A stretch of 64,000 nucleotides of DNA from Candidatus Sericytochromatia bacterium (GTDB lineage: Bacteria > Cyanobacteriota > Sericytochromatia > UBA7694), in assembly GCA_044356335.1 (NCBI GenBank), contig JBIKWL010000006.1:9848-73847 (forward strand), given 5' to 3'. This document shows, piece by piece, positions 29,066 to 38,002 of the stretch. A program made the translations under genes and the position numbers. Positions within the stretch are counted from its first letter, which is position 1, and each line of letters starts with the position of its first letter. The notes under the pieces are model-generated. The model made no database searches. It saw only the letters and a program-made list of their open reading frames with translations, and was not told the DNA's origin.

Positions 29066-30244
29066 ATGCCTACCGCCCTTCATGAACGCGTTCGCGCGGC
29101 CCTCAAACAGCATTTGCCCCAGGTGCGCCAGGTCGCATTGGAGATTCACGCCCGTCCCGAACTGCGCTACGAAGAATTTTATGCCAGTCAGCACTTGGCC
29201 GACCATTTGGCGGCAGCGGGTCTGCCTGTGGAAAAGCCTTTTGGTGGACTCGAAACCGCTTTTTGTGCCAAACTGGGCAATTCCGCGGGCCCACGGGTTG
29301 CCATTTTAGCGGAATACGATGCCCTGCCAGAGATTGGCCATGCCTGTGGGCATAATTTAATTGCCACCGCTGCCCTCGGGGCCGGTTTGGCTTTGGCCAG
29401 CATACGAGCAGAGCTGCCGGGTGAGATTTGGATCATGGGTACCCCTGCTGAAGAGGGTGGGGGCGGCAAGATCAAATTGATCGAAGCCGGTGCCTTTCAA
29501 GGACTCGACGCAGCGATGATGTTTCATCCCTTTGATCAGCATCTGCTCGGCCTGGATTCGTTGGCCATGCACGTCTTGCAGGTGGATTTTAAAGGCCAGC
29601 CCAGCCATGCCGCTGCCGCCCCCTGGGATGGCAAGAGCGCCCTCTCTGGCGTGATTCAGACCTTTAATTTGGTCGATGCTGCACGTGTCCATTTTCGCGA
29701 TGGTACACGGGTGCATGGGATTATTACCAATGGTGGGCAGGCTGTGAATATCATTCCCGAGACCGCTTCTGCGCGTTTCTCCGTGCGGGCCCGCACCGCG
29801 ACCTATCTTGATGATGTGGTCATGCCTCAAGTCATGTGCTGCGCTCAAGCCGCGGCTTTGGCCACGGGCACCGAGGTGACTTTAACGATCGAAAAAGGCT
29901 ATAAAAACGTTGTCAATAATTGGACATTGGCCCGGCGCTTTGGCCAGTATTTACAGGCCCAGGATGCATCTTTTCTGGAAACAGATCCCGATTCGGGCAT
30001 CGGCAGCACAGATATGGGCGATGTCAGCCAAGTGGTGCCTTCGATTCATCCCTATTTGGGTATTTGTGCCAAAGGTGAGAGCCTTTGTCATCAGCACAGC
30101 TTTGCCCGGCTCGCAGGCAGTGAACCGGGGCTGGACACCATGGCCCTGGCCGCTGAGAGTTTGGCCCTCACCGCTCTCGACGTCTTGCTCGACGGGGATT
30201 TGCGCGCAGCGGCAAAAGCTGAGTTTGAGGCCCAGCGGGCTTAA
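29066..30244 (+). CDS. M20D-family amidohydrolase (hippurate hydrolase/aminobenzoyl-glutamate utilisation AbgB-like)
   Basis: 392 aa; ...ILAEYDALPEIGHACGHNLI... is the metal-binding motif typical of M20D amidohydrolases. Confidence 0.8.
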   Translation: MPTALHERVRAALKQHLPQVRQVALEIHARPELRYEEFYASQHLADHLAAAGLPVEKPFGGLETAFCAKLGNSAGPRVAILAEYDALPEIGHACGHNLIATAALGAGLALASIRAELPGEIWIMGTPAEEGGGGKIKLIEAGAFQGLDAAMMFHPFDQHLLGLDSLAMHVLQVDFKGQPSHAAAAPWDGKSALSGVIQTFNLVDAARVHFRDGTRVHGIITNGGQAVNIIPETASARFSVRARTATYLDDVVMPQVMCCAQAAALATGTEVTLTIEKGYKNVVNNWTLARRFGQYLQAQDASFLETDPDSGIGSTDMGDVSQVVPSIHPYLGICAKGESLCHQHSFARLAGSEPGLDTMALAAESLALTALDVLLDGDLRAAAKAEFEAQRA

Positions 30245-30250
30245 GCTTTG

Positions 30251-31672
30251 CTAACGCAAGACCTGTTCAAAGACGCGCATAAAGCTCCCGCCGAGAATCA
30301 GCTGAATGTCTTCGTCGCTGTATTTGCGCTTGCGCAATTCTGCGGTGATACCCGGGAACTTTGAGGCATTTTCCAGGCCCACTGGCGGCGCGCTATCGAG
30401 TCCATCAAAGTCCGAGCCCAAACCCACATGGGCGGCGCCCACCTGTTTGACGGCGGCATCGATATGGTCCACAACCTTGGCCAAATTGGAGCTGCGACGC
30501 ACGTCAATATACGGTGGGTAAAAATAAATGCCCACCGTGCCACCATTTTTGGCCAATTGTTTGAGCATCTCGTTTGTCAGATTGCGGGCATGGAGCCGCA
30601 CCGAACGCACGCCAGAGTGGGAGGCAATCACCGGTTGTGTTGAAATTTTGAGTACATCGGCAAAGGCCGCGTCGGAGATATGTGAGACATCCACCAACAT
30701 GCCGAGTTCATTCATGCGTTTGACTACGTCTTTGCCAAATTTGCTCAGGCCTTTCCAATAGGCCTTTTGGCTGGCACTGTCGGCCAAAAGGGTGTTGGCG
30801 CTCCAGGTCGGGCTGAGATAGCGCACGCCCTGTTTGTAAAAATAGTCCACGTTTTTGAGGTCGCTGCCGAGTGGTTCTCCCCCTTCCATGCCCATCAGAG
30901 CAGCAATTTTGCCCTGGGCGACGATCCGTTGAATATCTGCGTGGCTATAGGCCAAAGCGATCTCTTTGGGGTGAGCCGCGACCTGCTCTTTGATCGATTT
31001 GATAATAAAATCGGCATGGCTTTTGGCGATTTTGCGGTAGCGCCAGGGATTGACAAAAACCGAGAAAAAGACCACGTCTACGCCGCCCTGTTTGAGTTTG
31101 ATCAAGTCCACTTGGCCACGGGGATTGTTGCCCAGTTTGGCGCGATTTTCGGTAAAGAGCAGTGGGGTTTCGACATGGGTGTCCACGACCACGGCTTGGG
31201 CATGTAAGGTCTTGAGGTCGAGGTCAGAGCTGGGCCGGGGGGTTGGGCTGGTGCTGTCGGTTGGGCTGGCAGAGGGGGTGCTGGACGCACTACCGGATGC
31301 GCTACTGGAAGCACTGGGGGAGGGTCTGCGATCCAAAAACATCATGGGCGTGGGGGTGGCCGAGCTATTTGGCCCAGTGGGACTGGCACTGGCTTTGCTG
31401 GCGTCGGCTTTGAGTTGGGCACGGGCCAAGCGCAGGCGCCGATGCCAATCGCTTTCGTTGGGAGGGGGCCCTTCGGCTGTGCTCTGGCTGGAAAGGGGAG
31501 ATCTTTGCAGTTCGCCTTCTGCGCTCACGACCTGTGGCTCGGGTTGGCTACCACCGACTTTAATCGACAGTGTTTGCACGGGGGCTGGGCTCTCAAAGGA
31601 GGTGCGAATCAGGGCTGCACCGCCCATTAGCATGATCGCTGTCCCAAATAAAATCACGGCTTTGCTGCTCAT
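30251..31672 (-). CDS. membrane-anchored dipeptidase (peptidase M19 / renal dipeptidase family) with Ser/Pro/Thr-rich linker
   Basis: N-terminal TM segment, then a low-complexity SASPTGPNSSATPTP...SASSSASGSASSTPSASPTDSTSPTPRPSS linker. The C-terminal M19 core is recognisable (...VDVSHISD..., ...GLGSDFDG...). Confidence 0.75.
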   Translation of the reverse strand: MSSKAVILFGTAIMLMGGAALIRTSFESPAPVQTLSIKVGGSQPEPQVVSAEGELQRSPLSSQSTAEGPPPNESDWHRRLRLARAQLKADASKASASPTGPNSSATPTPMMFLDRRPSPSASSSASGSASSTPSASPTDSTSPTPRPSSDLDLKTLHAQAVVVDTHVETPLLFTENRAKLGNNPRGQVDLIKLKQGGVDVVFFSVFVNPWRYRKIAKSHADFIIKSIKEQVAAHPKEIALAYSHADIQRIVAQGKIAALMGMEGGEPLGSDLKNVDYFYKQGVRYLSPTWSANTLLADSASQKAYWKGLSKFGKDVVKRMNELGMLVDVSHISDAAFADVLKISTQPVIASHSGVRSVRLHARNLTNEMLKQLAKNGGTVGIYFYPPYIDVRRSSNLAKVVDHIDAAVKQVGAAHVGLGSDFDGLDSAPPVGLENASKFPGITAELRKRKYSDEDIQLILGGSFMRVFEQVLR

Positions 31673-33342
31673 GGCTGCTCTCCTCTGGGTTCATTTCCAC
31701 TGCTGGGGGGTGGGAGGGGTTTTTTCCCGACAATAAAGGTATCGTTCCAACCAAATTCTTCAAAGCCCCCAGCCAATACTTCAAACCCAGCGTCTTTGAG
31801 CACTTGCTCGAGCAGCGGCAAGGGGTAGGGGCGAACATGGGTAATGTCTAGCCAAAAGCCCTCCTGACGCACTGTCGCGTTGCGCCAATTGGGGGTGCGA
31901 ATGACCAGTAATCCGCCCGGACGCAGGGCGGTCAGGGCATTTTCGATCATGGCAATGGCCCGTGTGCCATCGATGTGTTCGATAATATGGCTGGCATGAA
32001 TACCGCCCAGACTGTTTTCGCCACAGTCCGCCAGCAGACGCTCGTCGCCAGGTAGGGCCTGGAGTCCGAGTTCGCGGCAGACGTCGACCATATCCGAATC
32101 GGGATCGACGCCAAAGGCGGGTACCTGGGCATCGCGCAGAATTTCAAGAAAAATGCCCGAGCCTGAACCTATGTCGACAACCTCGCCTGGGGCGGCCATA
32201 AAATAGGCAGCGTAACGCTCATGCCAAGCCCGCCGGGCTTTGAGTTCATCACTTTGGTAATCGGAGTGAAAGAGGCTGTATTTTTGTTTGCGGCCCTCGC
32301 GGGAGGCCTCTTTGCGTTGCAAACGTTCGGCTTTGGCCTGGGCCCGCCGGTTGGGCAGGTCGATCTGATTGGCGAGTTCTTGCAATTGCGTTAAGAGGAG
32401 CTTGACCACATTTTCGGGACTGTGGGTTTGAAAAACGTCTGGTTCAAGCCCCTGAGCCTGTGTCTGTAAAGCCTGTTGGAGGGTGTTGTGGTTGGCCGCT
32501 GGGCTCTCTTGCCAGGGCAGACAGCCCCATTGGGATTCAACCCGCTTTGGCTGGGCCAGCACGGTTTTGCCCAAAGCGCGGCCAATCAAGGCCTGGAGTG
32601 GATGATAGGGCAGGAGCAGCAGCTCGCTGCACTGCAGCAGACCCCGCTGGGATTCGGCATCAAGTGGGCCAATCAGGGTGTGAATATTCAGGCTCTCGGG
32701 ATCGGCAATCTGGTTTTCTTGGCAGAGGCGTTCGATCTCCGCCAGCAATTGATCTTCAAAGGCCGGTAAAACCTGATCCAATTGCAAAACCAGCACGGCG
32801 TCAGGCCAATCTGCTGAGAGGGGGATAAACGCCGCCAAGAGGGCTGATAGGTCGGCATGTGTTGTTTCGGCTTTGGCTTGTGGGGAAGCCTGCCAAAGCA
32901 AGATGCGTTGGCCTGATTCCCATTCCAGGTCGCTGGGAGGGGTGGCTGGGCTTTGCCAAAGGCCCATATCCAGACACAGGGGCAAGGCCCCTGAATCCGT
33001 GGGGAATGTTTTGATAAGCTCTGCCAGGCCTGTTGCGGTCCAGCTCCAGCGCTGATCGGCAGAAGCCAAATGGCTGGGCTGCTCGAAACCGGAGCCCCAC
33101 CAGATATTGATACAGGCAGGATCGGGTTTAAATCGGGGGCCTGAATGCAAATAAAAATCGCTCTGCAGCAGGGGTTTTGAGAAAAGTCCGTAGAGTTTGG
33201 GATTGTTTAAAACAAGGGCCTGGGCTGTATGGCTGCTTTCCAGTTTCAACTCAAGCTGCTCAGACAGAGCCGTTGCCAAGTTCTGGGCAAGCAGGCTGTC
33301 AAAAAAGCAGGTCGTGTCAAAGGCATAACGAAGGGTAAACAT
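31669..33342 (-). CDS. class I SAM-dependent methyltransferase with ~380-aa N-terminal domain of unknown function
   Basis: C-terminal VVDIGSGSGIFLE (motif I) ... LRPGGLLVIRTPN. The N-terminal 380 aa show no recognisable motif. The gene overlaps the M19 gene by 4 nt. Confidence 0.6.
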   Translation of the reverse strand: MFTLRYAFDTTCFFDSLLAQNLATALSEQLELKLESSHTAQALVLNNPKLYGLFSKPLLQSDFYLHSGPRFKPDPACINIWWGSGFEQPSHLASADQRWSWTATGLAELIKTFPTDSGALPLCLDMGLWQSPATPPSDLEWESGQRILLWQASPQAKAETTHADLSALLAAFIPLSADWPDAVLVLQLDQVLPAFEDQLLAEIERLCQENQIADPESLNIHTLIGPLDAESQRGLLQCSELLLLPYHPLQALIGRALGKTVLAQPKRVESQWGCLPWQESPAANHNTLQQALQTQAQGLEPDVFQTHSPENVVKLLLTQLQELANQIDLPNRRAQAKAERLQRKEASREGRKQKYSLFHSDYQSDELKARRAWHERYAAYFMAAPGEVVDIGSGSGIFLEILRDAQVPAFGVDPDSDMVDVCRELGLQALPGDERLLADCGENSLGGIHASHIIEHIDGTRAIAMIENALTALRPGGLLVIRTPNWRNATVRQEGFWLDITHVRPYPLPLLEQVLKDAGFEVLAGGFEEFGWNDTFIVGKKPLPPPSSGNEPRGEQP

Positions 33343-33395
33343 GCATAGTAATTTAACACAATTGGGTATACTGAAACAAAAACTGGGAGGCCACC

Positions 33396-34187
33396 ATGAC
33401 GCTGATTCTTGCGATTCCCACTGCCCAAGGCATTGTTTTGGCTTCAGATACGCAATACACCAGCGGTGAGGTGCGCACCACTGGGCCCAAAATTTACCCG
33501 CTTAATGGCCAATGCGCCTGGGCCGGTGCTGGTGAAATTGCCCTGATTCAGCGCGTTCAGGAGGCCATTGAGGCCGCTTCGGCCCGCCATTCTTTGGCCG
33601 ATCTGCGCGACAGTCTTGCGCGGATGGTGCAGCAATCGGTCAGGGCCCTACTCGAACTCGATGTCTTAACCGAGTTTGTTCAAAGCGATCCCTCACTTTT
33701 GCTTTCGCTGCATCCCGGGGATTTTATTTTTGCTGAATTTAATCAAGGTCAGCCGCGCATGTTACACATTACGAGCAGCGGTACGCCCGAATGGATTTCA
33801 AGTCTCTTTGCCAGTGGCAATGGGGCCAATTTTGCCTATGCCCTGATGCAAAAATACCAAACCACTCAACTCAGCTTGGAAAGCGCGAGTTTATTGGCGT
33901 TTAAGGTGATCGATGAAACCATTCAGGTCGGGGCTTATGGCCTGGATTACCCCATCGATATCTGGCTGATCCGTGAAACGGGTCTGGCCCGCTTGGAAGA
34001 AAAAGAATTGTTTTTATTGGCCGAGGCCACCGAGACCCTGCGCCAAAAAGAAATTCGGCTCTTGCGCCAAGTGCCCTTTCAGTTTGAACCGACAAAACCC
34101 GCTAAAGAAAACAAGGACAGCAAAAAAGACCCAAATAGGGGCAAACTGAAAAAAACCGAAAAATCAGGTCCGGTTGTAGGAGCTTAG
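33396..34187 (+). CDS. proteasome-type Ntn-hydrolase (HslV/Anbu/BPH-like beta-subunit homologue) with Lys-rich C-terminal tail
   Basis: MTLILAIPTAQGIVLASDTQYTSG...GPKIYPL supplies Thr2, Asp18 and Lys32 at the positions of the proteasome beta catalytic Thr1/Asp17/Lys33. There is no propeptide. The tail reads ...KPAKENKDSKKDPNRGKLKKTEKSG. Confidence 0.55.
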   Translation: MTLILAIPTAQGIVLASDTQYTSGEVRTTGPKIYPLNGQCAWAGAGEIALIQRVQEAIEAASARHSLADLRDSLARMVQQSVRALLELDVLTEFVQSDPSLLLSLHPGDFIFAEFNQGQPRMLHITSSGTPEWISSLFASGNGANFAYALMQKYQTTQLSLESASLLAFKVIDETIQVGAYGLDYPIDIWLIRETGLARLEEKELFLLAEATETLRQKEIRLLRQVPFQFEPTKPAKENKDSKKDPNRGKLKKTEKSGPVVGA

Positions 34188-34786
34188 TTTTTGGAGACGG
34201 TTTCGTCGGCAATCACGGCTTTCTGCTGAGACTTGAGGCCCGCCAATTCCTGTTTGAGCGAAGCGATTTGCTGTTCCAACGAAGTGATGCGCTCGGCTTT
34301 GCTGACGGGTTCAGCGCTGATGGCTTCCTCTTCTTCTTTGTCCGAGGGATGGGCCACTTTGTCCATCACTTTGTGGATATTCTCAGTGCCTTTTTCGAGC
34401 AATTCTTTTACGAAGCGGGCCCGCTGATCTTCGGCCAATTCGCCGCGTTTGACCAGTTCATTGACAATTTCATCGAGTTTTTCACGGGTCAGAGAGGCCA
34501 AGCCAATCCCGCCGAGCAGGAATTTTTTAATGACTGACTCAATGTTCTGACCTTCTTGGATCAGCCCCTGCAGCACAAATTTATTTAAAAAGAGCTGCTT
34601 GGTTTCGAGATTTTCTTGCAAAAAGATCTGGCCGAGAATCTTGGGGGTGATGTCGTGGCCCTGGCTATCGATCACCTGGATATCGTCGCCCTGGCGGATC
34701 ATATCGGCAATTTCACCCAGGTTAACCGTTTTGCTGGTCTGGGTATCATATAGTTTGCGGTTATCGTAACGCTTAATGACTCGCAC
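34184..34786 (-). CDS. PhaR-like PHA/PHB accumulation regulator (N-terminal PHB_acc_N DNA-binding domain + coiled-coil/phasin-like C-terminus)
   Basis: N-terminus VIKRYDNRKLYDTQTSKTVNLGEIADMIRQGDDIQVIDSQGHDITPKILGQI matches the PhaR N-terminal domain. Convergent with the proteasome-like gene; the stops overlap by 4 nt. Confidence 0.65.
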   Translation of the reverse strand: MRVIKRYDNRKLYDTQTSKTVNLGEIADMIRQGDDIQVIDSQGHDITPKILGQIFLQENLETKQLFLNKFVLQGLIQEGQNIESVIKKFLLGGIGLASLTREKLDEIVNELVKRGELAEDQRARFVKELLEKGTENIHKVMDKVAHPSDKEEEEAISAEPVSKAERITSLEQQIASLKQELAGLKSQQKAVIADETVSKN

Positions 34787-34921
34787 AGTGAGGATTCTCC
34801 CTTGTTTTCTGGCTCAGATGGGTACACTATGGTATGCGATCTTTATCACTGACGTCAAACCCAAGCTGTTTCTTTGGAGCCAATTGCCATGGAGTTTGAA
34901 CAACCACTAAGATAGAGGTTC

Positions 34922-35983
34922 ATGTGGTATCAAAATTTACTCGAAGCAAATCAAATTCCCGATCCCCTGCTGCGCTGGGGAATCCGCTATTACAATTCAA
35001 TGCATCTGCGTCGCCTGGCCAGAGGGGGAGCAGAGGCTCATGAGGCCCGCTTTCAGGCCTTTTTGAAGCAGCTTGAAAAGGCCCCGCTTGCAGCCCTGCC
35101 CGAAAAAGCCAACGAACAGCATTACGAGGTACCCGCTGCTTTTTATCAAAAGGTGCTGGGCCCCCATTTAAAATACAGCTGTGGTTATTGGCCGAGTGGC
35201 CAAGAGAGTCTGGCCGAATCTGAAGCCAAAATGTTGGCCCTGACCTGTGAGCGGGCCCAATTGGAGCAACTCAAACCCGGTCAACAGATCTTGGAATTGG
35301 GCTGTGGCTGGGGCTCGCTCAGCCTTTATATGGCTCAACACTTCCCTGAGAACCCCATCACGGCGGTCTCTAATTCCCACAGTCAGCGTGCCTATATCGA
35401 AACCCAGGCCCAGAGCCGGGGTTTAACCAATCTGCGCGTGATCACCCAGGATATCAACCAGTTTGAACCCGAGCAGGGTTTTGATCGGATTGTCTCGGTT
35501 GAAATGTTTGAACACCTGCGCAATTATCCCGAACTCTTTCGCCGTTTAGAGCGCTGGCTCTTGCCTGGTGCATTGCTCTTTGTGCATATCTTTGGCCACC
35601 ACACCCATGCCTATCTCTTTGAGGTGGAACACGAGCGGGATTGGATGGCTCGCTATTTTTTCAGTGGCGGCACCATGCCCTCACGGGATTTGCTCTTACA
35701 TGTCTGTGAGCCGCTGATCGCCCGCAATCTCTGGGTCGTCAATGGCCAACACTACCAAAAGACCTGTGAGGCCTGGCTGGCCCAAATGGACGCCCAAGAA
35801 GCGGTCATTCGTCCGATTCTGGCAGCCACCTATGGGGCCGAGCAGACCACCCGTTGGTGGGTCTATTGGCGCGTGTTTATGCTGGCCTGCGCTGAACTCT
35901 TTGGCCACAGAGCAGGCCAGGAGTGGCAGGTCTATCATTATTTATTTGAAAAACCCGAGCAGGCAATCAGTTCAACTGACTGA
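34922..35983 (+). CDS. cyclopropane-fatty-acyl-phospholipid synthase family methyltransferase
   Basis: ILELGCGWGSL (SAM motif I) with CMAS-family features: ...RIVSVEMFEH... and ...YFFSGGTMPS.... Confidence 0.75.
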   Translation: MWYQNLLEANQIPDPLLRWGIRYYNSMHLRRLARGGAEAHEARFQAFLKQLEKAPLAALPEKANEQHYEVPAAFYQKVLGPHLKYSCGYWPSGQESLAESEAKMLALTCERAQLEQLKPGQQILELGCGWGSLSLYMAQHFPENPITAVSNSHSQRAYIETQAQSRGLTNLRVITQDINQFEPEQGFDRIVSVEMFEHLRNYPELFRRLERWLLPGALLFVHIFGHHTHAYLFEVEHERDWMARYFFSGGTMPSRDLLLHVCEPLIARNLWVVNGQHYQKTCEAWLAQMDAQEAVIRPILAATYGAEQTTRWWVYWRVFMLACAELFGHRAGQEWQVYHYLFEKPEQAISSTD

Positions 35984-36884
35984 TCACGCTGTTCATGCGG
36001 TGTAAGTGGTTGGCCACTTCGGCCGAGGTCTCATCAATGATCGTCATGATGCCTTTGGCTTGTACCTGTTGGCCCTGCCATTCTTTCTGAAAGCTGCCAT
36101 TCCAACGGCTCCAGGCGTCGTCAAGCTCGCCTTTGATCTGTTGGCGGGCATTGGCATCGATGGTATCGATAAAAGGGCCCTGAGTGGTAAAAAACTGATT
36201 GTAGATCAGATTGGCCTTGAGGGCCTCGTTATAGGTGGTGATGCCTTGTTTCTTGGCTTCGTTGAGCAAGCTGACTGCCTGATCGCGAAACTCCGTGACA
36301 CGGGCCATCATCACTTGTTTTTGCTGAGGGTCCATTTTTCCCCATTGGGAATAAACCTGTTCAGCGGTTTCTGCGGCCTGAGCGGCATAATAGCGGGCAC
36401 CCCAGGTAAATCGGTTGGCTGTTTCGCGGGATTGTTTGGCCGCGTCACTGTGGGCGGCAATTAATTGCACTGCCTGTTGGGGGGCCTGCACGGGTTGGGT
36501 CTCCTGTTGAAGGATTTCCTGGATATTGGCCATGGCTGGCCCTTCGGGAATGTCTTTGGGCAGGGTAAATATAATTTTGGCGGGCTCAGCCGGTTTTGTT
36601 GGGCCTGCCGGCTGGGACGGCTGCTGGGGTTTGTTGAGATAGTCCACGGGCTTGCCATCGGGGCGGTGAAAGGGCGAGAGGGTGGATTGTTTGTCGCGCA
36701 GCAGATTGATATTCGGCTGAATGCCACGGGCCATCGGCTGGGTGCTGACACTGTCTCCACTGAAACCTGAGGGAGGAGCGCTGGGAGGCTCATTGCCGCG
36801 TGCAAAGGGCGACATCGGGGAGCGGTTGGGGGATGCTCCCGGTATGGAGGGGTTAGAAGCGGGCTGCGGTTGTACCGAATTCAT
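35967..36884 (-). CDS. hypothetical protein with Pro/Gln/Ser-rich disordered N-terminal half and helical C-terminal domain; paralogue of 36889..37902
   Basis: 305 aa. The C-terminal region (...ITTYNEALKANLIYNQFF...DDAWSRWNGSFQKEWQ) aligns with the neighbour's ...ATYDEALYANLAMDELL...QEAWKGWTTGVEE. Confidence 0.5.
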   Translation of the reverse strand: MNSVQPQPASNPSIPGASPNRSPMSPFARGNEPPSAPPSGFSGDSVSTQPMARGIQPNINLLRDKQSTLSPFHRPDGKPVDYLNKPQQPSQPAGPTKPAEPAKIIFTLPKDIPEGPAMANIQEILQQETQPVQAPQQAVQLIAAHSDAAKQSRETANRFTWGARYYAAQAAETAEQVYSQWGKMDPQQKQVMMARVTEFRDQAVSLLNEAKKQGITTYNEALKANLIYNQFFTTQGPFIDTIDANARQQIKGELDDAWSRWNGSFQKEWQGQQVQAKGIMTIIDETSAEVANHLHRMNSVISQLN

Positions 36885-36888
36885 GGGA

Positions 36889-37902
36889 CTACCTCTGGAT
36901 CATGACCCGGCCGAGGATCTGGTCTACCTGATTGAGGTAAGCCGTCACCGTACCAACCGAGCGGGTAAATACCTCGGGCGCTGCAGGCAGCTTCTTGGAG
37001 AAGAAGAGATACTGGCTCTCTTCGACACCCGTGGTCCAACCTTTCCAGGCTTCTTGAACGCTGCGGTTGGCATCTTGGGCCAAACCGGGCACCTGTGGGA
37101 AGCGCGGCAGCAATTCATCCATGGCCAAATTGGCGTAGAGGGCTTCGTCGTAAGTGGCTTTGGTGTACTCTTCGGCGCGTTTGAGGGATTCCAGAGCTTG
37201 GCTTTTTTTGGACTCCAACTCGCTCAGGGTTTGATTCAATTGCTGAGGAGGCATCCGGCCTTGGCTCTGTTCAATGCGCTGAGCCAAAACAGCGGCTTCT
37301 TTGGCAAGGCCTTCGGCATGGCGTGATTCTTCTTCAGCGTGGCGGCGGTTGTCCAAGGACTTTTTGGCGTGCAAATCGATGTGGCGGAAAGCAGTGCCAG
37401 GATCTTGAACCTGTTGTAGGTCACCAGCCACCACTTGGCGGGCCTGGTTGATATCGGTTCCGGGAGGAGCAGCAGGCATAGAGCTTGGGGGGGGCATGCC
37501 CGGCGGGGGCATACCTGGGCCGCCCTGACCCGGCTGTTGGGGTTGGGGTTGCTGGGCTTTGTCTTTGCCAAAGCCAAACATCCCAAAAATACCTTTAAAG
37601 AGTTTGACCACAAGGCTGACGATTGTATTCAGAATTTTGGCGATAATGCTGGTCAGAGAGGTGAAGATATTGGCCATGCCGGTGGCCGCGCCACCAATGG
37701 AAGAAGAGGCACCAGATGCTGCCATGGCTCCCTGTACATACCCTGTTTGCTGAGGGCCGGTGGGGCGATAGACGTCATTGGCATAGCCGGGGGCACCATA
37801 AGGAACTTGGCCAGAGGGCACATAAGGACCATTTTGATTGCCATAATTGGGGACAGGGGGTCCGTAGGCCTGGTACTGGGGCGAAATATTCACTTTAGAC
37901 AC
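36889..37902 (-). CDS. hypothetical protein with Tyr/Pro/Gln/Gly-rich prion-like N-terminus, one hydrophobic helix, poly-Pro/Gln linker and helical C-terminal domain
   Basis: 337 aa. N-terminus MSKVNISPQYQAYGPPVPNYGNQNGPYVPSGQVPYGAPGYANDVYRPTGPQQTGY. Hydrophobic segment NIFTSLTSIIAKILNTIVSLVVKLFKGIFGMF, then QQPQPQQPGQGGPGMPPPGMPPP. A 4-nt gap separates it from the downstream paralogue. Confidence 0.5.
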   Translation of the reverse strand: MSKVNISPQYQAYGPPVPNYGNQNGPYVPSGQVPYGAPGYANDVYRPTGPQQTGYVQGAMAASGASSSIGGAATGMANIFTSLTSIIAKILNTIVSLVVKLFKGIFGMFGFGKDKAQQPQPQQPGQGGPGMPPPGMPPPSSMPAAPPGTDINQARQVVAGDLQQVQDPGTAFRHIDLHAKKSLDNRRHAEEESRHAEGLAKEAAVLAQRIEQSQGRMPPQQLNQTLSELESKKSQALESLKRAEEYTKATYDEALYANLAMDELLPRFPQVPGLAQDANRSVQEAWKGWTTGVEESQYLFFSKKLPAAPEVFTRSVGTVTAYLNQVDQILGRVMIQR

Positions 37903-38002
37903 CTCCGCATGATCGTGCTCTCTGATCTGACTGATCTATACATAGCCACTTGAGCGTGCTTTCTTGTTTATCTTTAAACAAAAATTAGTAATTTCTTTAG
38001 AT

